Assembly (NCBI GenBank): GCA_035482155.1
Contig: DATHRB010000053.1
Coordinates: forward strand, 17,620 to 81,619
Origin: Verrucomicrobiia bacterium
Lineage (GTDB): Bacteria > Acidobacteriota > Terriglobia > Acidiferrales > UBA7541
Direction: 5' to 3'
DNA length: 64,000 nt
Part shown: positions 38,175 to 47,268 of the stretch, piece by piece
How the letters are laid out: each line of letters opens with the position of its first letter
How positions within the stretch are numbered: the stretch's first letter is position 1
The notes under the pieces: generated by a model
The model's database searches: none
The model's input: only the letters and a program-made list of their open reading frames with translations
What the model was told of the DNA's origin: nothing
Made by a program: the position numbers and the translations under genes

Positions 38175-38821
38175 GAAATTCCGGCCTCCAGCGTGCCGCG
38201 CAAAGCGTCCAGTCCTCTATACAGGCGAGATTTCACAGTAGACGGTGGAGTGCCCAGCACTCCTGCGATTTCGTCGATTTGCAATTCTTCCTGAAAACGC
38301 AGGAGCAGCACTTCGCGATAAATGGCGGGAATCTGCTGAAGCGCGCCCTGCACTTGCGTGTCCTGTTCTGAATTCAAAATTGCCTGCAGTGCAGACGCGG
38401 AGCGTTCGTCTTTTACTTGTAGCGGATGTGCCTGCTCCGAATCGGTGAGCGCGTCCAGACTTTGCACTTTTCGCTGGCGCTGCCAATCGATCACCAGGTT
38501 GCGTGCGATGGCAAACAGCCAACCTTCAAAGCGGGATTTTCCGTCGTACTGATGTCCCCGCTCCAGAACGCGAATCCAGGTTTCCTGGAAAAAATCTTCG
38601 GCGCGCGTGCGATCGCCGCTGATGTACACCAAATAACGAAACAAGCGGAATTGATATTGCTCGATCAGCCGGTCCAGCAAATCCGGATCGCGCCGCTGCA
38701 GGCCCTGCGCCAGTGCTTTATTTTCGTCTTTCATCAACGCAGAGAACGCACAGGTCGGCAAAGCCCGGGCAGGCCACGCATTTTGCTTATGAATCGCCGG
38801 AAATAGAAACGTCGCGCTCAT
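38171..38821 (-). CDS. ECF RNA polymerase sigma factor
   Basis: AEDFFQETW, WLFAIARNLVID, YREVLLLRF, TVKSRLYRG. Confidence 0.92.
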   Translation of the reverse strand: MSATFLFPAIHKQNAWPARALPTCAFSALMKDENKALAQGLQRRDPDLLDRLIEQYQFRLFRYLVYISGDRTRAEDFFQETWIRVLERGHQYDGKSRFEGWLFAIARNLVIDWQRQRKVQSLDALTDSEQAHPLQVKDERSASALQAILNSEQDTQVQGALQQIPAIYREVLLLRFQEELQIDEIAGVLGTPPSTVKSRLYRGLDALRGTLEAGIS

Positions 38822-39054
38822 TGTACAGAGAACTACGCGCCAGCCAGGAGAAAAGACTCAAGTAGCTGAACAGGCCTTTAGTTCGTTTAACTTACGGCCA
38901 CTATGAATACCTTGGCCGCCTGCCGGATTGGCGGCTTGTATAGTAAACTTACTTGGCGATGTTCACTTGTCGAGCGCGACAGACTGGCCCGGTTTTTTCG
39001 TCTCGTAGCATAGAACCCGCATAGAGAAATGCAACCACTTACAGCGAGGCAGGC

Positions 39055-39582
39055 ATGTCTGATTTTGGCAACGAAGGTTCTTTTGTAATTCTCTGGGCCG
39101 GAGAAAATCCTTCCGTGCATGTGAATCTGATCGAGAAGCTGGAGGCTAACGGAATCGCCTTCAATGATATGTCCTTGGGCGACGACGAAGTTGCCCCTAC
39201 CGCGGATCCTTTGCCCATCGACTGGAAACCCCGCTTTGGATTTGAAGTTACCGTGTTGTCCACGGACTATCCTGCAGCGAAAGAACTCCTTGATGATCTG
39301 CTGGAACGTGAACCAGAGAACTTAGAGATTCCCGCGCAGCCGGAAGTGGTCGATCCGTCAACCATGACACCTAAAGCAAATGACGCGCCGGCTACATTGA
39401 GGGTCTGGAAGGGAACAGACCCCAAGCTTGCGCAGTTCCTGACCAGCGCGCTGAGCGAGAACAATCTCGTCGCACGCGTCGCCAATGAAGCGGGATCCAC
39501 CGCAATTTATGTGGCGGAAGGGAATCAGGCGCGGGCCCTGGAAATTGTCCGCGAAGTAACGCAAGGCGCTCCTCCGAAATAA
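39055..39582 (+). CDS. Hypothetical protein, possibly tandem DUF2007-like domains
   Basis: Two repeats of ..L...L..NGI/NNL...A.ELL/ALEIV; 2-nt gap to the next gene. Confidence 0.55.
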   Translation: MSDFGNEGSFVILWAGENPSVHVNLIEKLEANGIAFNDMSLGDDEVAPTADPLPIDWKPRFGFEVTVLSTDYPAAKELLDDLLEREPENLEIPAQPEVVDPSTMTPKANDAPATLRVWKGTDPKLAQFLTSALSENNLVARVANEAGSTAIYVAEGNQARALEIVREVTQGAPPK

Positions 39583-39584
39583 GC

Positions 39585-40475
39585 ATGAGCATAGACAACA
39601 TCAAGACTGTCGCGGTGCTCGGCGCAGGCACAATGGGTAACGGCATCGCGCACGTCTTTGCGCGCTCCGGCTATAAAGTGATTTTGCGAGATGTGGAACA
39701 GCGCTTCGTCGACCGTGGCATGGACACGATCGGCCAGAATCTGGGCCGCGAAGTAAAGAAGGGCAAAATCACTGAAGCAGAGCGCGTCAGCACGCTGGAG
39801 CGATTGCTGCCTGTCACCGATGTCGCCAATATCGCTGCGGCCGATTTTCTGGTGGAAGCCGTTCCGGAAAAAATTGAAATAAAACGCGCTGTCCTGGCGG
39901 ATGCTGACTGGCTTTTGCGCGACGATGTGATTATCGCCAGCAATACGTCGTCTATTTCTATGACCACGCTGGCCTCGTTAACGCGCCGGCCGGAGCGCTT
40001 CGTGGGGATGCACTTCATGAACCCCGTGCCGGTGATGGCCTTGGTGGAAGTGATTCGCGCGCTGCAAACCAGCGATGCCACTTTTCAAATCACGATGGCG
40101 CTTGCCGAAAAGTTGGGCAAGAAGCCAATCGCGGTGAATGACGCTCCCGGCTTCGTATCCAACCGCGTGCTGATGCCACTGATCAACGAAGCGGCCTATT
40201 GCGTGATGGAAGGCGTGGCGACTGCGGAATCCGTGGACGCGGTGATGAAAGTAGGGATGAACCACCCGATGGGGCCGCTCGAACTGGCTGATTTTATTGG
40301 GTTAGATGTGTGCGTCGACATTATGCACGTGTTGCAGGAAGGATTGGGCGATCCAAAGTACCGCGCCTGCCCGCTTTTAAAAAAATATGTGGCGGCAGGC
40401 TGGATGGGGCGCAAGAGCGGCAGGGGTTTCTATAGTTACGTGGATGCCGCCCAATCCAAAAGCGCCTTAAAATAG
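39585..40475 (+). CDS. 3-hydroxybutyryl-CoA dehydrogenase
   Basis: [51 protein letters not shown]. Confidence 0.92.
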   Translation: MSIDNIKTVAVLGAGTMGNGIAHVFARSGYKVILRDVEQRFVDRGMDTIGQNLGREVKKGKITEAERVSTLERLLPVTDVANIAAADFLVEAVPEKIEIKRAVLADADWLLRDDVIIASNTSSISMTTLASLTRRPERFVGMHFMNPVPVMALVEVIRALQTSDATFQITMALAEKLGKKPIAVNDAPGFVSNRVLMPLINEAAYCVMEGVATAESVDAVMKVGMNHPMGPLELADFIGLDVCVDIMHVLQEGLGDPKYRACPLLKKYVAAGWMGRKSGRGFYSYVDAAQSKSALK

Positions 40476-40476
40476 T

Positions 40477-40507
40477 ATTTGCTTTTTGTTCGCCTCGATG
40501 TTATTTT
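40477..40507 (+). promoter_or_regulatory. Candidate recA promoter with an overlapping degenerate LexA box
   Basis: TTGCTT(40479)-N17-TATTTT(40502) with an extended TG; overlapped by ATTTGC-TTTTT-GTTCGC-CT. Confidence 0.5.
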
Positions 40508-40734
40508 GCCCTCAGGTTTTCAACAGGCCGGCATTTTGCACTGTCGGTCTCGTGGTTCGGGAGTGCGGCAACGTGAGAGACTCATTCCAGTGCGTCGACT
40601 TTGTGACGGGCCGGATCGCACTTCAATAATTACGTATTCATTAAGTTAACTACATGGTACTATCAGACAACTTTATTGTACCGACGGCATAATTCAGACG
40701 TGACTGATTAAATATTTTTTCACCGAGGTGTTGC

Positions 40735-41859
40735 ATGGCAGACGATAGAGCAAAGCTGCTGGAAGCGGCCATATCGCAGATTGAAAAGTCCTACGGGAAG
40801 GGTTCTATCATGCGGCTGGGCAGCCGCGATGTGCTGGTGCCGGTCAGTGTGATCCCCAGCGGCTGCCTATCTATTGATGCGGCGCTCGGCGTGGGTGGCT
40901 TTCCCCGCGGACGGGTGATTGAAATTTATGGCCCGGAATCTGGCGGCAAGACCACCATGACACTGCACGTCATCGCGGAAGCGCAAAAACTCGGCGGCCA
41001 GGCGGCGTTTATCGACGCAGAACACGCGCTCGATCCGGTGTACGCGCGGAAGCTGGGCGTGGACGTGGATAACCTGTTGGTGTCGCAGCCGGACAATGGC
41101 GAGCAAGCGCTGGAAATTGCGGAAGCGCTGATTCGTTCGGGCGGCGTAGACGTCGTGGTGGTCGACTCGGTGGCTGCGCTGGTGCCTAAAGCTGAATTGG
41201 AAGGCGAAATGGGCGACCCGCAGATGGGTCTGCAGGCGCGGTTGATGTCGCAGGCGCTGCGCAAGCTGACCGCTATCGTTTCCAAGTCGCGCACCTGCCT
41301 GATTTTCATCAACCAGATCCGCGAAAAAATTGGCGTGATGTTTGGCAATCCGGAAACCACCACGGGCGGCCGGGCTTTGAAGTTTTATGCCTCCATGCGC
41401 GTGGATATCCGGCGTATTCAGGCGATCAAGGACGGCGATAAAGTGGTGGGTTCGCGCACGCGCGCCAAAATCGTAAAAAATAAAGTGGCCGCGCCTTTCC
41501 GCGAAGCGGAGTTCGACATCATCTATGGCGAAGGTATTTCTCGCGAAGGCGATCTGATTGATATCGGCGTGGATCGCGGTGTGCTGGAAAAGAGTGGCAC
41601 GTGGATCAGCTTCGGCAGCGAGCGCATGGGGCAGGGCCGCGAGAATGCGCGCACCTTCCTGAAAGAAAACAAGGATGTACGCGACAAACTGGAATTAGCT
41701 CTGCGTAAAAAGCTTGAAATAGCGATTCCCGTCAATTCAAATTCCGCTGAACCCGCGCCCAACGGACACGCGCCTCACGCACAAGCGGATAAGCCGCCAG
41801 TAAAAACCACGGCCGCGGCCGCTGGCGCGGACGCTTCACGGGGCCGCCCGAGTCGATAG
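40735..41859 (+). CDS. recA: Recombinase RecA
   Basis: [43 protein letters not shown]; no intein seen. Confidence 0.98.
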   Translation: MADDRAKLLEAAISQIEKSYGKGSIMRLGSRDVLVPVSVIPSGCLSIDAALGVGGFPRGRVIEIYGPESGGKTTMTLHVIAEAQKLGGQAAFIDAEHALDPVYARKLGVDVDNLLVSQPDNGEQALEIAEALIRSGGVDVVVVDSVAALVPKAELEGEMGDPQMGLQARLMSQALRKLTAIVSKSRTCLIFINQIREKIGVMFGNPETTTGGRALKFYASMRVDIRRIQAIKDGDKVVGSRTRAKIVKNKVAAPFREAEFDIIYGEGISREGDLIDIGVDRGVLEKSGTWISFGSERMGQGRENARTFLKENKDVRDKLELALRKKLEIAIPVNSNSAEPAPNGHAPHAQADKPPVKTTAAAAGADASRGRPSR

Positions 41860-42010
41860 TTTTGCGGCCATCCGTAATCTAAAAATGAGTGCTGGATCAG
41901 TTCCCGGTACTAATCGGGAATTGGTGCAGTTTTGTGGGAGAATCCAAACAAGGGACTTGACCCGGTGATTGTTGAGATTGCTCTGGACTTGAAAGCTTGA
42001 ATCAGGGAGC

Positions 42011-42904
42011 GTGATTGTGCGTTATCGGATTCTGATTTGTTTTGCAGGTGCGCTATTTGCGACGGTCTGTACCGATGCGCAGATTGCACCCCAGGCGGAC
42101 GCGCCCACCGCTGCGACTGTGCGAGACGACGTTATTGCACCTATTTATGCCGAGACGCCCGACGGATTGATGAAGCTCGTACACGACTTGTTGGACGCGG
42201 AAAAAACGGAAGATACAAAGAGAAGTTCTGAGATCTATACAAACCTTGTTATCTCAAATCATTCCCAATGGTTCGGGAAAACATTTGGCGGGCCGGAAGG
42301 CGAGCGGCTCGATGCCAAATACGACAGGCTGCTCGAACTCCCCACGAGCCAGCTGAAGACGGACGTGGCGAGGGCAGTCCAGAAAGGCCAAGAGTGCGTA
42401 GTCGTGCGAACCTTTCCGAAACCAGACGATGCACCGATGGAGTTACAGAAAGCTTTTCTCGCTGCTATGACGATTCCAACCTCACTCTATGGCGCAGCGA
42501 CGAATAGCGGTCCAGAAGACAAGTCCCATACGCTTCTCGGAGATTTTGTCTATGTGGACGGTGGGTTTCGCTACTTGGATTTCGAGGTCATGCAGGCGCT
42601 CACCACTGCCCCTACGCGCATCCGGTTTGGCGGAAATATTCCGAAGCCCAAGTTGATAAAAGAAGTTAATCCTATCTATCCCGAGGCAGCGAAGGTGAAT
42701 GGGGTTCAGGGCACGGTGAAATTGCATGTCATCTTGGCAAAAGATGGCAGCGTGCGGCAAGCTGAGCTGGTCAGTGGTGATCCGCTATTAGTGCAGGCAG
42801 CGATTGACGCCGTAAAACAGTGGAGGTACCGGCCCTCGCTCTTAAATGGCCAACCAGTGGAAGTGGACAACGAAATCAGCGTTGTTTTTCACCTGAAGTA
42901 CTGA
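42011..42904 (+). CDS. Secreted protein with a TonB C-terminal domain
   Basis: Signal peptide; PIYPEAAKVNGVQGTVKLHVIL ... AIDAVKQWRYRP. Confidence 0.8.
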   Translation: MIVRYRILICFAGALFATVCTDAQIAPQADAPTAATVRDDVIAPIYAETPDGLMKLVHDLLDAEKTEDTKRSSEIYTNLVISNHSQWFGKTFGGPEGERLDAKYDRLLELPTSQLKTDVARAVQKGQECVVVRTFPKPDDAPMELQKAFLAAMTIPTSLYGAATNSGPEDKSHTLLGDFVYVDGGFRYLDFEVMQALTTAPTRIRFGGNIPKPKLIKEVNPIYPEAAKVNGVQGTVKLHVILAKDGSVRQAELVSGDPLLVQAAIDAVKQWRYRPSLLNGQPVEVDNEISVVFHLKY

Positions 42905-43000
42905 CCGAATACATAAAGGCGGGAAAAGCGGTGAGCAACGCTACCCTGGCAGTGCCTGATTAACACTTATTGGGAGTTAGCCCTCGAGGGGTTGCTTCCC

Positions 43001-43255
43001 TTACACCAGTACGGGCTCTTTCGCCATTCTCACATTGCCATTGTTGTAGTTCTTTTCGCAGGAATCGCAGAACAGCGCCTGGTAAGTGGTGCCATCTTTC
43101 GCGCTGGCGTCCGGGATTGGGTTCCAACCCTTGGCCTTTGTGAGCTTGCCACTCTGTGTGAACGCCTGAAACAGGTGCTCACAGATGTAGCCCATTCCGT
43201 CGGCCTCTACCTTTTTCGCGTCGGCCAGCCTGTGAATCCAAATCGTTTGCGCCAT
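43001..43255 (-). CDS. Small Cys/His-containing hypothetical protein (84 aa)
   Basis: GGAGG 5 nt upstream of ATG 43255; contains ICEH and FCDSC. Confidence 0.55.
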   Translation of the reverse strand: MAQTIWIHRLADAKKVEADGMGYICEHLFQAFTQSGKLTKAKGWNPIPDASAKDGTTYQALFCDSCEKNYNNGNVRMAKEPVLV

Positions 43256-43784
43256 GTGCTCCTCCAAGTTCAACCTCCACTCTGGCACACGCGCAAAAGC
43301 ACAAATAGCTGCTCGGAGGGGCAGGTGTGCGCCGTTGGCAACTGGACTAAACATTGAGTCCGAGGCTCGCCCTAACGCCCAATTGTCCGGTAACGCGATT
43401 ACACAGGAAAAGGGGACTATGATGTCGCAAGTTCTGACAACCAGCCTTCTGACTCGGAATAACTTCCGAACCCGTTAATCGAGAGGCCAAGAATATAAAG
43501 ATCATTCATATGCCTAAGCGGAGTGAGAAAATCATTCCGCTCGTAAATACATCTCCCGCCAACTGTTTGTCATTTTTGCTAGGCCATTGACGCGTTCCTC
43601 CGATGATCGGGTCCATTTTCAGGCGCTTACGAATGGACTCCAGCCTGCACTCCGCTAGATCGACCAGTCAGCTCTGTCCGCTGGCAAACCTGAAGGAGCA
43701 TAAGAAATAACATCTGTCGCAGAAGAACCGGGAGCGTCGCCTATTTCTGACACTGCCCTTGCGCGCCTCGCTTCGCCTGATGTA

Positions 43785-44327
43785 TTGGCCCGTGCCCGTA
43801 AGATCAAACTTTTTCTGATCGACGTAGACGGTACGCTGACCGATGGCAGCGTCTGCCTGATCTCTTCCACAATCGCCGCCGGCTTAGGAGAACCGATCGT
43901 CTCCGAAATGAAAGTGTTCAACGCCGAGGACGGCCAGCGATTATCGCTTGCCCACACCATGGGGATTCAGACAGGCTTCATCACCGGCAGACATTCACCG
44001 GCCGTGGCTAAGCGTGCTCAAGAGCTGAAGGTCACTTTTGTTTATCTGGGACAGGAGAAGAAGACGGCGGCTTTCGAAGAGAGCGTGCAAAAGGCAGGCG
44101 TGAGCGAAGACGAGGTTGCTTATATGGGCGATGACCTGCCGGACATTCCTCTGGCGCAGCGAGCCGGACTGGCAGTTTGCGTAGCCGACGGGGCACCTGA
44201 GTTAGCGGCTGTATGCCACTTCACCACTCGCCGGCTTGCGGGGCGGGATACCGCGCGCGAGGTGGTGGAACTAATCCTGAAGGCCCAGGGACGTTGGGAG
44301 GAGGCGGTGCCTCAAGCGCTTGCGTAA
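43785..44327 (+). CDS. kdsC: KdsC-like HAD phosphatase (3-deoxy-D-manno-octulosonate 8-phosphate phosphatase family); start uncertain
   Basis: DVDGTLTDG, ITGR, YMGDDLPD, AREVVELILKAQG. Confidence 0.78.
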   Translation: MARARKIKLFLIDVDGTLTDGSVCLISSTIAAGLGEPIVSEMKVFNAEDGQRLSLAHTMGIQTGFITGRHSPAVAKRAQELKVTFVYLGQEKKTAAFEESVQKAGVSEDEVAYMGDDLPDIPLAQRAGLAVCVADGAPELAAVCHFTTRRLAGRDTAREVVELILKAQGRWEEAVPQALA

Positions 44328-44331
44328 CCAG

Positions 44332-44566
44332 ATGAAATCTGCACAAAGCGGCAAAATCTCCAAGAGTTCTGGTCATCGACGTCGGCGGTACGAACGTCAA
44401 GATGCTGGCTACCGGGCAAAAGGAGCCTCGAAGATATCCATCTGGCCCGACCATGACCCCGGGGAGAATGGTCCGCCTAGTCAAGAACTCGGTTCGGGAC
44501 TGGAAGTTCGATTGTGTATCTTTAGGATTCCCGGTCCGGTCATGCCAATACGACGCTTGCGACTAA
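44332..44566 (+). pseudogene. Frameshifted, truncated ROK-family / polyphosphate glucokinase-like remnant
   Basis: Frame from 44363 reads RVLVIDVGGTNVKMLATGQKEPRRYPSGPTMTP...DWKFDCVSLGFP; it is out of frame with ATG 44332 and with the following GPV, and about two-thirds of the gene is missing. Confidence 0.75.
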
Positions 44567-44721
44567 ACGCTGGTTACGCCAGTTCAAGGTCGAAAGCGAG
44601 ATTGCTACTGTCTGAGTAAGACATCTCCTGGTTAAACATATTTCGAAACTGGCCATTGGCTCAGAATGCCCCTGCTGAGTTTGGTTGCGGACATTTTCTT
44701 GGCTGCTGCTAAACTTGATGG

Positions 44722-45507
44722 ATGCCCTCCGCGCATAACGAAATCGTTCGCGAGTCTTTCACTACACAGGCGACGGCTTTTGCTGCCAATCCCTGGGTTT
44801 CCGATGAACAACGCATCGCGCGACTGGTTTCCGCTGCGCGGCTGACGGGCCCGGAACGTGTTCTGGACATTGCCACCGGCCCGGGGTATATCGCGGAGGC
44901 CTTTGCAAAAAATTCGCGCGAAGTTTTGGGAATGGATCTGACGAAGGCAATGCTGGATATTGCTCGTGCTCGAACAAAAGAGCGCGGCGTGAAAAATATT
45001 TGTTTTCGAGCTGGCGATGCGCAAAATTTGCCCTTCGACGAAGGCGAGTTCGATGTTGTGGTGTGCCGCCTGGCTTTGCATCACGTGCAGCAGCCCGCCA
45101 AAGTGGTTAGCGGCATGGCTCGGGTGTGCCGCGCTGGCGGTAGCGTATTGGTGGAAGACATTTATAGCAGCGAATATTCCGCGCGGGCCGCTTATCAGGA
45201 TTGCTGGGAAATATTGCGCGACCCTTCGCATGTGCGGGCCTTGCCGTTAAGCGAGCAGCTGCATATTTTTCGCGACGCGGGATTGGAGACAGAAACAGTA
45301 AGTACCGCGGATGATCTTTGCCCGGAAGTAGAGCGATGGATGGCGACAACGAAAGTGTCTGAAGAGCGAGCTGCGGAAATACGCCAACTGCTGGAAGATG
45401 ATTTACAACATGATCTCAGCGGAACGCGGCCATTTCGCGATGCCGCGGGGCAGATGTTTTTTCACGCCCGCACGGTGATTATTTCGGGACGGAAGACCGG
45501 TGCCTGA
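44722..45507 (+). CDS. Class I SAM-dependent methyltransferase
   Basis: VLDIATGPG, GMDLT, GDAQNLPFDEGEFDVV, ALHH, RDPSHVRAL. Confidence 0.9.
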   Translation: MPSAHNEIVRESFTTQATAFAANPWVSDEQRIARLVSAARLTGPERVLDIATGPGYIAEAFAKNSREVLGMDLTKAMLDIARARTKERGVKNICFRAGDAQNLPFDEGEFDVVVCRLALHHVQQPAKVVSGMARVCRAGGSVLVEDIYSSEYSARAAYQDCWEILRDPSHVRALPLSEQLHIFRDAGLETETVSTADDLCPEVERWMATTKVSEERAAEIRQLLEDDLQHDLSGTRPFRDAAGQMFFHARTVIISGRKTGA

Positions 45508-45515
45508 CCCTGGGG

Positions 45516-45649
45516 CCAGCTGAAGGCCAGTTGATACAAAGCAAAGCACATACGTTCGTACTAAGCCTGATAGGCTATTGCGGAGCAGATGGCATGGCAA
45601 TATTATGTGCAAGTTAAGCGGGAGCCGAGTTCGGCGCGGCTTCAGCTGG
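45516..45649. ncRNA. Candidate structured RNA (nested stems) upstream of the transpeptidase gene
   Basis: CCAGCTGAAG/CTTCAGCTGG (10 bp) encloses GCACATA/TATGTGC, AGCCT/AGGCT, TATTGC/GCAATA and GCCG/CGGC. No family recognised. Confidence 0.35.
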
Positions 45650-45791
45650 TGGCATTTCAGCAACAAGGCGCATCTGATTCAAAGATAAGGCGTATAGGCT
45701 GAAAGGGCTATCAGAATGGTGTTGACCGGCGCGACGGCTTCGATGAAAATCAACGTCCCGCATAGTTTGTAACGGAAGATCGCACTCTGAG

Positions 45792-46901
45792 GTGGTAGCA
45801 GTGAAGGAACTTGTAAAAGCGACGGTTGCAACTGTGCTTGCGGTGTTATGCGCTATGCCGCTACCTGCAGCCCCGGGAGCTCTTAAGTCAACGCGCACAC
45901 GCAGAGCCCCAGCACGGTATCACGGGGCCGGAGTACCCACCTTTGCGAATTCTTCCAACGGGGACATTACGGCATTTGATGATCCAGTTGTTCGCCAGGC
46001 TGCGGTTGAGGGATTGGGTCGCTATAACGGCGCAGTCGTGGCCGTGGATCCGAACACCGGGCGAGTTCTGACGGTGGTGAACCAAAAAATTGCGTTTGGT
46101 GAAGGCTACATTCCTTGCTCGACGATCAAGCCGACGATTGCTTTGGCGGCGCTGGAAGAAAACGTAATCAACCGCGACACCATGTTGAAAGTTGGGCGCC
46201 GCAAGTACATGAATCTGACGGAAGCGATGGCACACTCCAACAACGAATTTTTCGAGCAGCTTGGGTTGCGTATGGGTTTCGATACAGTCTCAAAGTACGC
46301 GCGCTTGCTGGGACTTGGCGAGCTTTCCGGTTACGAAATACCGGAGGAGCATCCTGGCGCGTTTCCGATGCAGCCGCCGGCGCATGGCGGAGTGGCGCGG
46401 ATGTCCAGTTTTGGCGAAGGCATCCAGATGACGCCGTTCCAGTTGGTTTCCTTGGCTGCGGCATTCGCGAATGGCGGAACACTTTATTACTTGCAGTATC
46501 CGCGGACAGCGGATGAGCAACTTGCGTTTGCTCCGCGAGTGAAGCGGGAACTGAATATTGCGCAGATTTTGCCGGAAATTCGTGAAGGCATGCTCGCAGC
46601 GGTTCTGTATGGGACTGGCAAAACGAGCTTCGATCGCGGCGGAGATGAAACACCGCTGGGTAAGACCGGCACTTGCGACGATCACGTTACGCCTTCGCGC
46701 ATTGGTTGGTTCGTGACTTATGCGGATGAAGCTCATCCGAAAATTGCGCTGGCGGTTCTGCTTCGTGGAAATACGCGACGCGTAAAAGGACCCACGGCCG
46801 CTACGGTTGCGGGGAATATTTATCGCCGGCTGCGTGAACAGAATTATTTCGCTACGGTAGCGACGGCCAACACTGTTTCGAACCTGCAATCCGGACAGTA
46901 A
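45792..46901 (+). CDS. Penicillin-binding transpeptidase-domain protein (stand-alone)
   Basis: SxxK = STIK, SxN = SNN, KTG = GKTGT; signal-like N-terminus; no PBP dimerisation or transglycosylase domain seen. Confidence 0.85.
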   Translation: MVAVKELVKATVATVLAVLCAMPLPAAPGALKSTRTRRAPARYHGAGVPTFANSSNGDITAFDDPVVRQAAVEGLGRYNGAVVAVDPNTGRVLTVVNQKIAFGEGYIPCSTIKPTIALAALEENVINRDTMLKVGRRKYMNLTEAMAHSNNEFFEQLGLRMGFDTVSKYARLLGLGELSGYEIPEEHPGAFPMQPPAHGGVARMSSFGEGIQMTPFQLVSLAAAFANGGTLYYLQYPRTADEQLAFAPRVKRELNIAQILPEIREGMLAAVLYGTGKTSFDRGGDETPLGKTGTCDDHVTPSRIGWFVTYADEAHPKIALAVLLRGNTRRVKGPTAATVAGNIYRRLREQNYFATVATANTVSNLQSGQ

Positions 46902-46961
46902 ACTTCTCAAAGATCTTCAGGGATTTGAATTACGTTCTAGGTGGCGTGCAATACAAAACGC

Positions 46962-47008
46962 ACAACCCAAGACCCAGGCCGAAAATCGAGCCTGGGGCAC
47001 CCTCCGTG
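46962..47008 (-). repeat. REP-like palindromic element, copy C (inverted)
   Basis: Reverse complement CACGGAGGGTGCCCCAGGCTCGATTTTCGGCCTGGGTCTTGGGTTGT. Confidence 0.75.
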
Positions 47009-47268
47009 TTAGTTCAATGTTCGATAACAACTAATTTCTTGTCATTCAAATGTGAAAATGTGGGCGTGTCGACATTTTTTTCTTAAACACAGGACTTAGC
47101 CGATCCACTTTCAACTCTGCGCTGATATCGTTGGCTGCTGATGTAAAATCCGCATTAATTCAATCTGCTACCGTCAGGTAGTCTCAACGCGCGCGTGGTG
47201 CACGATTCAAAGTTATTTCTGTAATATTTCCGCACACCGGTGCGTAATTACTGCAAAGGAGTTTGGGG

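Noticed and set aside
44221-44619. ORF-track ORFs 44221..44484 (-) and 44320..44619 (+)
   Set aside because: They are the antisense shadow and an off-frame reading of the ROK pseudogene.
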